Positions 29,699 through 37,969 of a stretch of 64,000 nucleotides of DNA are shown here, one piece after another. The translations under genes and the position numbers were made by a program. The DNA comes from Candidatus Aenigmatarchaeota archaeon (GTDB lineage: Archaea; Aenigmatarchaeota; Aenigmatarchaeia; CG10238-14; SCSR01): the NCBI GenBank assembly GCA_039000165.1, contig JAWBTW010000002.1:1-64000 (forward strand), read 5' to 3'. The notes under the pieces were generated by a model that was not told the DNA's origin, made no database searches, and saw only the letters and a list, made by a program, of their open reading frames with translations. The stretch's first letter is position 1; every line of letters starts with the position of its first letter.

Positions 29699-30343
29699 AT
29701 GGCTGTTTTTGTTGTAAGCATAGATGGACCAGACTTTTGTGGAAAAACTACTATAGCTAATATAGTCACTGAACTTTTGAGAAGGAAGTATAAGAACTTG
29801 AAGATAAAAAGAACCGAATTACCAACAAGCTTTGTTACGGGAGCTTTTACTGATATCTTAAGAAGTATGAAAGAAACTCCTGCCCAAGAAGTGTTCGCAT
29901 TAATATATGCAGCAGACCACCTATTTCACTACTTAAACACGATCAAACCTTTAGAAGAGTTGAAAGAAAATTTTCTTGTCATTCAAGAAAGATCTTTACT
30001 CACTACTTATATCTATCAAGGAATTTTAGGAAAAGTAGATTTTTCTTGGTTGGACGAGATAAATAAGTATGACAAGAATTTACCAATCTTAACTCTAATA
30101 CTTAAAGTTCCTACAGAGGAGCTTAAAAACAGAAAATACTTGAGTAAAAGGTTATTCGACTTTTTTGAGGAAGTAAATTATCTTGAAAAACAAGCTGAAA
30201 TTTACTACAACCTTCCAGAGGAATTGGTCAAAAAGTTTAACGTAGAGTATGTAGAAGCTAATGTTGAACCCTTAGAAGTAGCAGAAAGATGTACAAAAAT
30301 AATAAGCGAAAAAATTGAAAAATTATTTAACTTCAAGGCTTGA
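29699..30343 (+). CDS. tmk: Thymidylate kinase-like protein
   Basis: IDGPDFCGKTT P-loop, LIYAAD, ERS...YQG. Confidence 0.78.
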   Translation: MAVFVVSIDGPDFCGKTTIANIVTELLRRKYKNLKIKRTELPTSFVTGAFTDILRSMKETPAQEVFALIYAADHLFHYLNTIKPLEELKENFLVIQERSLLTTYIYQGILGKVDFSWLDEINKYDKNLPILTLILKVPTEELKNRKYLSKRLFDFFEEVNYLEKQAEIYYNLPEELVKKFNVEYVEANVEPLEVAERCTKIISEKIEKLFNFKA

Positions 30344-30757
30344 CCAAAAAGTTCTTTTCTTTTTCAACCATTTATAGTAATCCTTGATAATTTTTGCATG
30401 ATCAAAAGCGAGGTTTTTTAAGTTTATTTTTTTAAGTTCGTACCAGTCAACATCTTGAGCATCTCCTCCTGCTTCTAGTTCGCCACCGGCAACTTCAGCA
30501 ACAAAAACTATTGAAACTGTATGTCCTCTAGGATCTCTTTCTGGATCTGAATACACACCTAAAATCTCTTTCGGTTTGACAACAAGAGAAGTTTCCTCCT
30601 CAACCTCTCTTATCAAAGCTTGTTCAACTTTTTCTCCCTCTTCAACCAATCCGCCAGGAAGAGCGAGCATTCCTTCAAAAGGTTCTGAAGCTCTTGTTAT
30701 CAAAAGAATTTTATTTCCTTTTTCAACTATCGCATCAACTGCTAAATTAATTCCCAT
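30323..30757 (-). CDS. NUDIX hydrolase
   Basis: PGG.VE.GE....A..REVEEET, RDPR, LAFDH. Confidence 0.93.
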   Translation of the reverse strand: MGINLAVDAIVEKGNKILLITRASEPFEGMLALPGGLVEEGEKVEQALIREVEEETSLVVKPKEILGVYSDPERDPRGHTVSIVFVAEVAGGELEAGGDAQDVDWYELKKINLKNLAFDHAKIIKDYYKWLKKKRTFWSSLEVK

Positions 30758-30779
30758 ATTTTATATTTTGATTTTTAAT

Positions 30780-31136
30780 TTAAAATCGTTTAGTTTCGAA
30801 CTTCTTGAATTTTTTTTCATTTTTCATCATTTTTTTCAGGTACTCCTTTTCAATGTCTAGGTTTAGAAGTTGGTCCGCAAGTTTAAGGAAGTAGACGAAA
30901 ACATCTATTATTTCTTCTTTCAATTTGTTGTATTCTTTTTTTGGGATTTCTTTTGAGAAGTTGAACTCTCTTAAAATTTTTTTAACAGTATTAGCAAATT
31001 CCCCAACTTCTCCTGCTAAAGCTATTGTACCATACTGCAAATGCTTAATTTTTTCTTCTTTCAAAGATTTAGACCAGTCCCAGCCATGTTTTCTATCAAA
31101 ATCTCTTTGAAACTTTGCAATTTCTTTCAAATTCAT
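30780..31136 (-). CDS. MazG-like nucleotide pyrophosphohydrolase
   Basis: LAGEVGEFAN...EEIIDV; ATG 1 nt downstream of the tRNA-Val 3' end. Confidence 0.88.
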   Translation of the reverse strand: MNLKEIAKFQRDFDRKHGWDWSKSLKEEKIKHLQYGTIALAGEVGEFANTVKKILREFNFSKEIPKKEYNKLKEEIIDVFVYFLKLADQLLNLDIEKEYLKKMMKNEKKFKKFETKRF

Positions 31137-31137
31137 A

Positions 31138-31208
31138 TGGGCCCGAGGAGAGTCGAACTCCTTTCTTCGCCGCGTCAGGGCGACGTCCTACCGTTAGACT
31201 ACGGGCCC
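31138..31208 (-). tRNA. tRNA-Val(GAC)
   Basis: GGGCCCG/CGGGCCC acceptor; TCGCC-CT-GAC-GC-GGCGA; AGGAG-TTCGACT-CTCCT. Confidence 0.95.
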
Positions 31209-31265
31209 ATAATATCTCTTAATTATTCATAATCGCGATTCTTTAAAAAAATTTCTATGACAAAT

Positions 31266-32090
31266 TTAAACAAAATTTTTTATTAGCATTCCTTTCTTCT
31301 TTCTTTTATCATAACAGTAAATTTTTTTAAACCCAACTTCTTTCAATCTTTCTAAAGCTTCTTTTATCCTATCTCCAGTCCTTTCTGGTAAATGAGCATC
31401 TGAACCTATTGTTACAATTTTTACACCAGAATCTAAACAAAGTTTGAGAAATTCGTAACTTGGAAAGAAATCGTTAACTCCATGAAAAAACCCAGAAGTA
31501 TTAATTTCAATTCCTGTATCGTTAGTAAGTAAAGCTTCTATTACTTTCTCTACAAACTTTCTGTATTTCTCAAAAGGTAACTCTTTTCCGAAAAATTTTG
31601 TTGCATTTTTTCTTATGCAATCTGGATGAGCTAAAACATCGAAAAGATTACTTTCCACAGTTTCGATAACCCTATCGAAGTATATTCTATAAGCTTCTTG
31701 TAAGCTCTTGTTCTTAAAAAACCTAATAGAATCTTCAAGACTACCAGCTATTAAAATATTGCCAACATAATGAACAGAACCCAAAAGAAAATCGAACTCA
31801 TGCTCGCCCAAAACTTTTTCTATTTTTTCATGTTCAGAAGCCCAATAATCCACTTCTAACCCAAATTTTATTTTCACTCTAAATTCTTTTTTTGCCTTTT
31901 CTATGTTCTCAAAATGTTCTGGTATTTGATGAAGAAGTATGCTTTCCCCTGGAGAGTTAAGTTTAAATATGTTGAAATGATTCGTGAAAGCGATTTCCTT
32001 AAGATTCTTTTCATTAGCGACTTTGCAGTAATCTTCAACTTTGCCTTTGGCATCTTGAGTATAATCTGTGTGAATATGATAATCTATCAT
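31266..32090 (-). CDS. PHP-domain phosphatase (HisJ family)
   Basis: DYHIHT, GSVH, AHPD, EINTSG, GSDAH. Confidence 0.9.
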   Translation of the reverse strand: MIDYHIHTDYTQDAKGKVEDYCKVANEKNLKEIAFTNHFNIFKLNSPGESILLHQIPEHFENIEKAKKEFRVKIKFGLEVDYWASEHEKIEKVLGEHEFDFLLGSVHYVGNILIAGSLEDSIRFFKNKSLQEAYRIYFDRVIETVESNLFDVLAHPDCIRKNATKFFGKELPFEKYRKFVEKVIEALLTNDTGIEINTSGFFHGVNDFFPSYEFLKLCLDSGVKIVTIGSDAHLPERTGDRIKEALERLKEVGFKKIYCYDKRKKKGMLIKNFV

Positions 32091-32132
32091 TAATTATTTC
32101 TGCTGATTAAGAAATAATAAAACTTATAAACA

Positions 32133-32218
32133 CGCCCGGGGCGGGATTTGAACCCGCAAGAGCCAAAAGGCTCCCTAGCTTAGCAGGCTAGTGCACTACC
32201 AGGTTGTGCGACCCGGGC
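32133..32218 (-). tRNA. tRNA-Ser(GCT)
   Basis: GCCCGGG/CCCGGGC acceptor; CTAGC-CT-GCT-AA-GCTAG; long variable arm; G discriminator. Confidence 0.96.
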
Positions 32219-32340
32219 TTAAACGATATTTACCTAATTCAATTTTTAATTTTTTCACTGAAATTTAAATTTGTTTAAGCTTTTTAAAAATAAGAATCCT
32301 TATATTATTTTAAATACAAATTTTATAAGGAGGAATAAAA

Positions 32341-32643
32341 ATGCCTATAACAGTTAAAGATATTCAAGAGATGTTTGGAAAGGATGTTTTCACAGGAAAG
32401 GGTTTTTATTGTGGAAAAGTTTCAGACGTTGAGCTTGACCTTTCAAGGTTCAAGATTAGAGCTTTAGTAATAGAAGCTGCAAAAGAATCTTTTCTTGCTA
32501 AATTGGTTGGGAGTAAAAAAGGCTTAGTAGTTCCTTACAGTATGGTTCAAGCAGTTGGTGACATAGTAATTATCAAGCACATTCAGACACCAGAAGTTAG
32601 CGAAGAAGGAGAGATGGCCGAAACACAAACTGGAGCTGTATGA
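32341..32643 (+). CDS. PRC-barrel protein (CdpB-like cell division protein)
   Basis: GKDVFT..G.Y.GKV.DV...VPYSMVQAVGDIVII; GGAGG SD; close to ftsZ. Confidence 0.88.
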   Translation: MPITVKDIQEMFGKDVFTGKGFYCGKVSDVELDLSRFKIRALVIEAAKESFLAKLVGSKKGLVVPYSMVQAVGDIVIIKHIQTPEVSEEGEMAETQTGAV

Positions 32644-32906
32644 ACGAAGGAAAAAAACCACAAAGAACAAAGGATTTAATTTGGAGTAAAGCTGGAGATG
32701 TTTATCTCCTTCTTGATAAGGATACTAACGAAACTTATACTCTTGATCCAATAGCTTTTCTTGTTTGGATTCAGTGTGATGGAAAATCCGACATAGAGCA
32801 AATAGTTGACGTTTTCTCAGTAAACGGAAATAGAGATATAGTTAAGGCTGCTATTCTCGGGATTTTGGAAAAATTACAAAAATCTGGTTTAATCAAGTGG
32901 GTTTAA
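32640..32906 (+). CDS. Stand-alone PqqD-family / RiPP recognition element protein
   Basis: LLLD...YTLDPIAFLVWIQCDGK...I...LEKL...GLI; ATGA overlap with the PRC-barrel gene. Confidence 0.85.
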   Translation: MNEGKKPQRTKDLIWSKAGDVYLLLDKDTNETYTLDPIAFLVWIQCDGKSDIEQIVDVFSVNGNRDIVKAAILGILEKLQKSGLIKWV

Positions 32907-32931
32907 AAAAAATAAAAAGAAAAAGGAAGAA

Positions 32932-33003
32932 TCACCAAAACTCTTCTTCCTCTTCCTCATCCCAGTCGGCATCTTCTAATGGGTCTGGTATATCCTCGTC
33001 CAT
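32932..33003 (-). CDS. Acidic micropeptide, 23 aa (MDEDIPDPLEDADWDEEEEEEFW)
   Basis: Hand-translated; AGGGG SD-like motif upstream; GC-richer than flanks; follows ftsZ on the same strand. Confidence 0.6.
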   Translation of the reverse strand: MDEDIPDPLEDADWDEEEEEEFW

Positions 33004-33019
33004 ACCATCGCCCCTTTTT

Positions 33020-33043
33020 AAATGCACCAAAAAAGGTGCATTT
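33020..33043. other. Perfect 9-bp stem-loop at the ftsZ stop codon
   Basis: AAATGCACC-AAAAAA-GGTGCATTT. Confidence 0.55.
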
Positions 33044-34191
33044 TATCTAATTATATCGATTCCCAATGTTTCGCTGACTTCCTTGACAACTGGTCTTTCG
33101 TAAGTTACTGGACCTAGAATGTAAGGTGATTTTACTCCTGTAATTATTGCAATAACTTGAACCTTTCCTTCAAATTCTGGTAAAATTCTAGCTCCCCAGA
33201 AGACTTGGGCGCTTGGGTCTAAGTGTTGAGAAACAGTTTCTCCTATTATGTTTACTTCTTCTAGCTTAAGATCTGGCCCACCTGTGATGTGAATCAAAGC
33301 TCCGGTTGCTCCTGTGTAATCAACTTCTAACAAAGGATTGAGCAAAGCTTTTGTTATAGCGTCTCTTGCTCTATCTGAGCTGTTACTTTCACCAACACCT
33401 ATTGCAGCAACTCCTCCTGTGTGCATTACTGCTTTAACGTCTGCGTAATCTAAGTTCACTAGGCTTGGTAAAGTAATGGTTTCGGTTATTCCTTTGACCA
33501 TGCTTGCTATTAGTTCATCAGCTACCGCAAAAGCTTGCTGTATGGATAAGTTACCAGCATACTTCAAAAGTTTATCGTTCTCTATTACTATAACGGTATC
33601 TGTAACTTGTCTAAGAGCAGCCAAGCCTTGCTCTGCTTTTGAAATTCTTGCCCCTTCTAGCTTGAAAGGCATAGTAACTACTGCTATAACAATTGCCCCC
33701 ATACTTTTAGCAATCTCACAAACTACTGGTATACTTCCTGTACCTGTTCCTTTTCCCAATCCTGCTATGGCAAAAACTAGGTCGGCTCCTTCCAAAGCTT
33801 CTTTAATTTCGTTTCTTGATTCTTCTGCACACTTTCTTCCAATTTCTGGATAACCACCACAACCTAAACCTTTTGTTAACTCCTTTCCTATCAAAATTTT
33901 CTTGTCAGCTTTTCCTACTGCTAAATGTTTTGCGTCTGAATTTAAAGAAACAGTTGTTGCTCCTTCTATTCCCATTTCTGTTAATCTTGTCACAGCATTT
34001 TGACCTGCTCCTCCGCATCCTACTACAACAATTTTCGCTTTCTTAACTGAAAATCCAAACTCTTGCTCTGCTAGTTTATAATAATCAACACTAGAAAACG
34101 TTGCTCCTGAAGTTGATTCTAACCTAAACCTGGTTTGAGGAGAATCCTCGCCGAATGTTCTCTTCAAAGCGCTTTGAACAATACTTTCCAT
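33043..34191 (-). CDS. ftsZ: Cell division protein FtsZ
   Basis: VVGCGGAGQN, GLGCGG.PEIG, GKGTGTG, T7 loop NLDYADV. Confidence 0.96.
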   Translation of the reverse strand: MESIVQSALKRTFGEDSPQTRFRLESTSGATFSSVDYYKLAEQEFGFSVKKAKIVVVGCGGAGQNAVTRLTEMGIEGATTVSLNSDAKHLAVGKADKKILIGKELTKGLGCGGYPEIGRKCAEESRNEIKEALEGADLVFAIAGLGKGTGTGSIPVVCEIAKSMGAIVIAVVTMPFKLEGARISKAEQGLAALRQVTDTVIVIENDKLLKYAGNLSIQQAFAVADELIASMVKGITETITLPSLVNLDYADVKAVMHTGGVAAIGVGESNSSDRARDAITKALLNPLLEVDYTGATGALIHITGGPDLKLEEVNIIGETVSQHLDPSAQVFWGARILPEFEGKVQVIAIITGVKSPYILGPVTYERPVVKEVSETLGIDIIR

Positions 34192-34301
34192 TCCAATCCT
34201 CCCATTTTCAACAAAATATATTTTGTTTCATCGAAAACCATTTATAAAGGTTTTCCACTATTTTATCTTAGAATTAGTCAAGTCTAAGTTGTAACTAATT
34301 C

Positions 34302-34359
34302 AAACCCGTACAAGACCCGTAATTTAACCCGTAAATTTTAACCCGTGTTTAAACCCGTA
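34302..34359. repeat. Five direct repeats of (A)ACCCGT(A)
   Basis: ACCCGT at 34304, 34315, 34327, 34341 and 34353. Confidence 0.85.
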
Positions 34360-34727
34360 AAATTCTTTTATTCTAAGTTATTTAAATTGATTATTGTAGA
34401 ATTTTCTATATTTTTTTGTAACTATTTTTGTTAAACTTTTATGTTAAGCAAAAATTTTTTTGAAAAAATTTCCCACATAAGTTTAAAGATTTTTGAGGAG
34501 GAAAATCTAAAAAAGGTGAGAAGGTTGGGCAACCGTCAAAACTTTGAAGCAAGAGGATGAAGATTTCTTTAGTTTTATCGCTATTCTTGACGATCGCGGA
34601 AGAATTGATGCAATTTGTTTGCGAAGAAGTGAAAAAATGCAAGAAAGAACTTAAAATTTTTGGGAGGGAAAGGGGTTCAAATCTCCCCCAGAGCGTAAAA
34701 ATTTAACTATATTATTAAAAAAATTAA

Positions 34728-36035
34728 GTGATGGAGATGGAATTTACTGAGATAGAAGAAGTGTTGAAAAAGGGGAAGGAAGGAAAAGTTTTTATTAGAG
34801 GTTGGGTTTATGGAAAGAGAAGCTCTGGAGGGATACTGTTTTATATAGTAAGAGATGGTTCTGGCTTCATTCAATGCACTCTTAAAAAAGAAAAGTTTGA
34901 TGAAAAAACTTTTAAAGATTTGGAAAAACTAACTTTGGAATCAGTAGTTGAAATAGAAGGAACCTCTAAAAAAGAGCCAAGAGCACCTGGAGGTTATGAA
35001 ATTGCTGTTGAAAAAGTTAAGGTTATCCACAAATCCTTAGAGGGATTTCCTATCGCAAAAAAATACCACGGGCCAGAATTTTTGCTTGATTATAGACACT
35101 TATGGTTAAGAAGCGAGAAAATGCAAACGATTCTTAAAATAAGGTCAAAAGTCTTACAAATAGCAAGAGAGTGGCTTCTTTCTCATGGCTATAAGGAATT
35201 TCATTCACCAAGTCTAACAGGAGCAGCATGCGAAGGAGGAGCAACACTCTTTGAGGTAAATTATTTTGGAAAGAAAGCTTACTTAACTCAAAGCTGGCAA
35301 CTTTATGCTGAGGCTGCAATCTCAAGCCTAGGAAAAATTTTTACTGTAGCTCCTTCATTTAGAGCTGAAAAGTCAAGGACAAGGAGACATTTAACAGAGT
35401 TTTGGCATCTTGAAGTTGAAGAGCCATTTTGTGATTTGGAACAAATTATGAAAGTACAAGAAGAATTTATAACCCATATTTGTCATACTCTTGCAAAGGA
35501 AATGCCTGAAGAGTTAAAGAAGCTTGGAAGAGACCCTCAAGACTTACTTAAGATCAAACCACCTTTTCCAAGGATAACTTATGATCAGGCAATAGAAATG
35601 CTTCAAAAAGATGGAGTTAAAATTAAGTGGGGTGATGACATAACATGGGTTTTGGAAAAAAAGTTAGCTAGCAAGTTTGATGTTCCTTTCTTCTTAACTC
35701 ATTTTCCGAAAGGAGTTAAAGCTTTTTACCATAAACCTGATCCTAAAAGGCCTGAAGTTACTTTAAGTGCAGACATGCTTGCTCCAGAAGGTTATGGAGA
35801 AATTATTGGAGGTGGCCAAAGAATTCATGATTTAGAAGAATTGATTCAAAGAATAAAAGAAGAAAAACTTGACCCAAAAGCCTACGAGTGGTACATAGAT
35901 TTAAGAAGATACGGCTCAGTACCGCATGCAGGTTTTGGTTTGGGAATAGAAAGGTTTATAATGTGGATCTGCAAGCTCAAACATATAAGAGATGCTGTAC
36001 CATTTCCAAGGTTAATAAACAGAATTTATCCTTAA
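34728..36035 (+). CDS. asnS: Asparagine--tRNA ligase
   Basis: OB-fold GWV..R, LLDYRHLWLR, AYLTQSWQLY, FRAEKSRTRRHLTEF, GEIIGG, PHAGFGLG.ER. Confidence 0.95.
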   Translation: MMEMEFTEIEEVLKKGKEGKVFIRGWVYGKRSSGGILFYIVRDGSGFIQCTLKKEKFDEKTFKDLEKLTLESVVEIEGTSKKEPRAPGGYEIAVEKVKVIHKSLEGFPIAKKYHGPEFLLDYRHLWLRSEKMQTILKIRSKVLQIAREWLLSHGYKEFHSPSLTGAACEGGATLFEVNYFGKKAYLTQSWQLYAEAAISSLGKIFTVAPSFRAEKSRTRRHLTEFWHLEVEEPFCDLEQIMKVQEEFITHICHTLAKEMPEELKKLGRDPQDLLKIKPPFPRITYDQAIEMLQKDGVKIKWGDDITWVLEKKLASKFDVPFFLTHFPKGVKAFYHKPDPKRPEVTLSADMLAPEGYGEIIGGGQRIHDLEELIQRIKEEKLDPKAYEWYIDLRRYGSVPHAGFGLGIERFIMWICKLKHIRDAVPFPRLINRIYP

Positions 36036-36070
36036 ATTTTCTTTAATCATAAAAACAAATTGATAATTAA

Positions 36071-36154
36071 GGGCTCGTCCGGTAACCTGGATAGCCGACT
36101 GCGCTTCGGTTTTGAGGAAACGCAGTAGTGAGGGTTCAAATCCCTCCGAGCCCA
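36071..36154 (+). tRNA. tRNA-Arg(TCG) with 10-nt intron (36110-36119)
   Basis: GGGCTCG/CGAGCCC; CTGCG-CT-TCG-G[TTTTGAGGAA]A-CGCAG; A20 present; CTTC pairs with intron GAGG. Confidence 0.9.
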
Positions 36155-36999
36155 CTTTTTATTCTTTCTTTCAACCTGCAAAAGCTACATATTCTCATGC
36201 TTGTTGGTTCTTTGCAGATTTCACACTCTTTTAAATCAAAAGATAAGTTATTCTGTAAAATTCCTGCAACTGAAATTACGCTTTGTAAAAAGTTTTCTCT
36301 AAAGTTTGGTTGCCAGCTTGAAATTTCTTTAATAAGCTTGTACCATTTTTCTCTTTTTCTGTCCATTTTTTGTTTAAGGATTACGTAAGGACAAACATCT
36401 TCTTCAACAAAAGGGATTCCTTCTTTCTTGCAAAAATCTTTTGTTTCTTCTTGGCTAACAAAGAACAAGGGTCTTATTCTAGTTAATTGCTTATTTCTGC
36501 CTTCAAGCTTAGGTAAAAACTTTGAAATCCAAAAGATGTTTTTGCTTAGCATGTTTTTAAAGAAGAAAACCAAAAAATCATCTGCATTATGTCCTGTACA
36601 AAGCTTTGTTGCTCCTTCCTCTCTTGGAATTTTGTTCATAAGATATCTTTTAACCATTCCGCAAAAGCTACAAATTGGTCTTTCTAAATTTGTTAATTTT
36701 TCGAAATCTATCCCAAAATTTTTAACATTATAAACCTTGAGCTTAACCTTGCATATGCTTGCTTGTTTTTTCACTATGTTAAGAACAGTTTTTGGTATAA
36801 AATCGCCAAGAATTAAATGAAAAGCGTTTATCTCACAATCTATTTTATTTTCTTTTACGTATTTTGAAAGCAAAAAGCAAACAGTAGCGCTGTCTTTTCC
36901 TCCGCTTAAAGCAACAAAAATTTTGTCTTTGTTCTCGATTAGCTTGTATTTTGAAATTGTTCTGAAAACCTTTTTCTCTATTTCAAGCATAACTCTCAT
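36136..36999 (-). CDS. tRNA 2-thiolation protein (TtuA/Ncs6/TtcA-like PP-loop ATPase)
   Basis: SGGKDS, CSFCG..KR, TGHNADD, RPL, CPY, C-terminal CxxC-CxxC. Confidence 0.88.
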   Translation of the reverse strand: MRVMLEIEKKVFRTISKYKLIENKDKIFVALSGGKDSATVCFLLSKYVKENKIDCEINAFHLILGDFIPKTVLNIVKKQASICKVKLKVYNVKNFGIDFEKLTNLERPICSFCGMVKRYLMNKIPREEGATKLCTGHNADDFLVFFFKNMLSKNIFWISKFLPKLEGRNKQLTRIRPLFFVSQEETKDFCKKEGIPFVEEDVCPYVILKQKMDRKREKWYKLIKEISSWQPNFRENFLQSVISVAGILQNNLSFDLKECEICKEPTSMRICSFCRLKERIKSGLGGI

Positions 37000-37092
37000 A
37001 ATAAATTACAGACAAAGAAATTAATGTGTTTAAGTTAGATTATAAAAGGGGAGCTTAAAAATTTTAAAAAATCTTTTTAAATTATAAGTAAG

Positions 37093-37167
37093 GCCCCTGT
37101 AGTCTAGCCCGGTCAAGGATACTGGCCTCTCGAGCCGGAGACCCGGGTTCAAATCCCGGCGGGGGCA
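37093..37167 (+). tRNA. tRNA-Glu(CTC)
   Basis: GCCCCTG/CGGGGGC; CTGGC-CT-CTC-GA-GCCGG; CCGGG-TTCAAAT-CCCGG. Confidence 0.96.
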
Positions 37168-37198
37168 TTTAAGATAACAAAAAAACTAATTCTAATTA

Positions 37199-37765
37199 AT
37201 GAAAAAGAAAGATAGAAGGAATGTTGCTGGTATCCTAATTTTTGTAGCAAGCGCGCAATTCATCATAGCTCTAAAGATTGCAGAAGCTTTATACCCTAAC
37301 TATAACGTTTCTTCAAATTATATCAGTGATTTAGGAGTTGGGCCTTCTGCTTTCATTTTTAACTCTTCCGTTTTTCTGCTCGGCTTTTTAGCTTTAATTT
37401 CTGCTTATTTTCTTTTAATAGAAAAAGAACGAAAAGATTTTCTATTTTGCTTAGTTTTGGCGGGAATCGGTGCTATGGGGGTTGGAATTTTTACTGAAGA
37501 CTTTGGCTTATTACATACCATCTTTTCTTTCATCACATTTTTCTTTGGAGCTCTAGCTTCTATCTTTTCTTACAAAACCCAAAAATCAACCTTTTCTCTC
37601 CTATTTTTATTGCTTGGTTCTATTTCCCTTATTTCCTTGATTCTTTTTGGTTTAGGAGCTGACCTTGGTTTAGGAAAAGGTGGAATGGAAAGGATGATAG
37701 CCTATCCTATTTTAATCTGGGCTTTAGGTTTTGGTGCTTATACAGCTAAGGAAAAATACTTTTGA
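37199..37765 (+). CDS. DUF998-like membrane protein
   Basis: YP.Y...NYISDLG, GVGIF.E, GGMERM..YP. Confidence 0.8.
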   Translation: MKKKDRRNVAGILIFVASAQFIIALKIAEALYPNYNVSSNYISDLGVGPSAFIFNSSVFLLGFLALISAYFLLIEKERKDFLFCLVLAGIGAMGVGIFTEDFGLLHTIFSFITFFFGALASIFSYKTQKSTFSLLFLLLGSISLISLILFGLGADLGLGKGGMERMIAYPILIWALGFGAYTAKEKYF

Positions 37766-37839
37766 AGAAGTTTAAATTTTTTGACAAAATATTTTTAAAG
37801 GATAAAACGATTTATTAATTTGACTTGAGTTAGATTTAG

Positions 37840-37935
37840 GCAGGGGTCGCCTAGCCTGGTCGATGGCGCAGGGCTTAGAAAATTAGGAAACCCTGTGGCT
37901 TAGTGCCTTCCTGGGTTCAAATCCCAGCCCCTGCA
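37840..37935 (+). tRNA. tRNA-Leu(TAG) with 10-nt intron (37880-37889)
   Basis: GCAGGGG/CCCCTGC; CAGGG-CT-TAG-A[AAATTAGGAA]A-CCCTG; long variable arm; CTTA pairs with intron TAGG. Confidence 0.9.
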
Positions 37936-37969
37936 CAAAAATAAGATTAACAGTAAGAATTAACTACAC

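Noticed and set aside
29699..32090. Tmk, NUDIX, MazG and PHP genes as a nucleotide-depletion defence island
   Set aside because: Mixed orientations, interspersed tRNAs and common housekeeping families; no positive evidence
32897..33103. 68-aa Ser-rich ORF on the plus strand
   Set aside because: Antisense shadow of the acidic micropeptide and the ftsZ end
34302..34359. ACCCGT repeats as CRISPR or canonical ORB elements
   Set aside because: Units are too short, there are no spacers, no ORB consensus is recognisable and no adjacent cdc6
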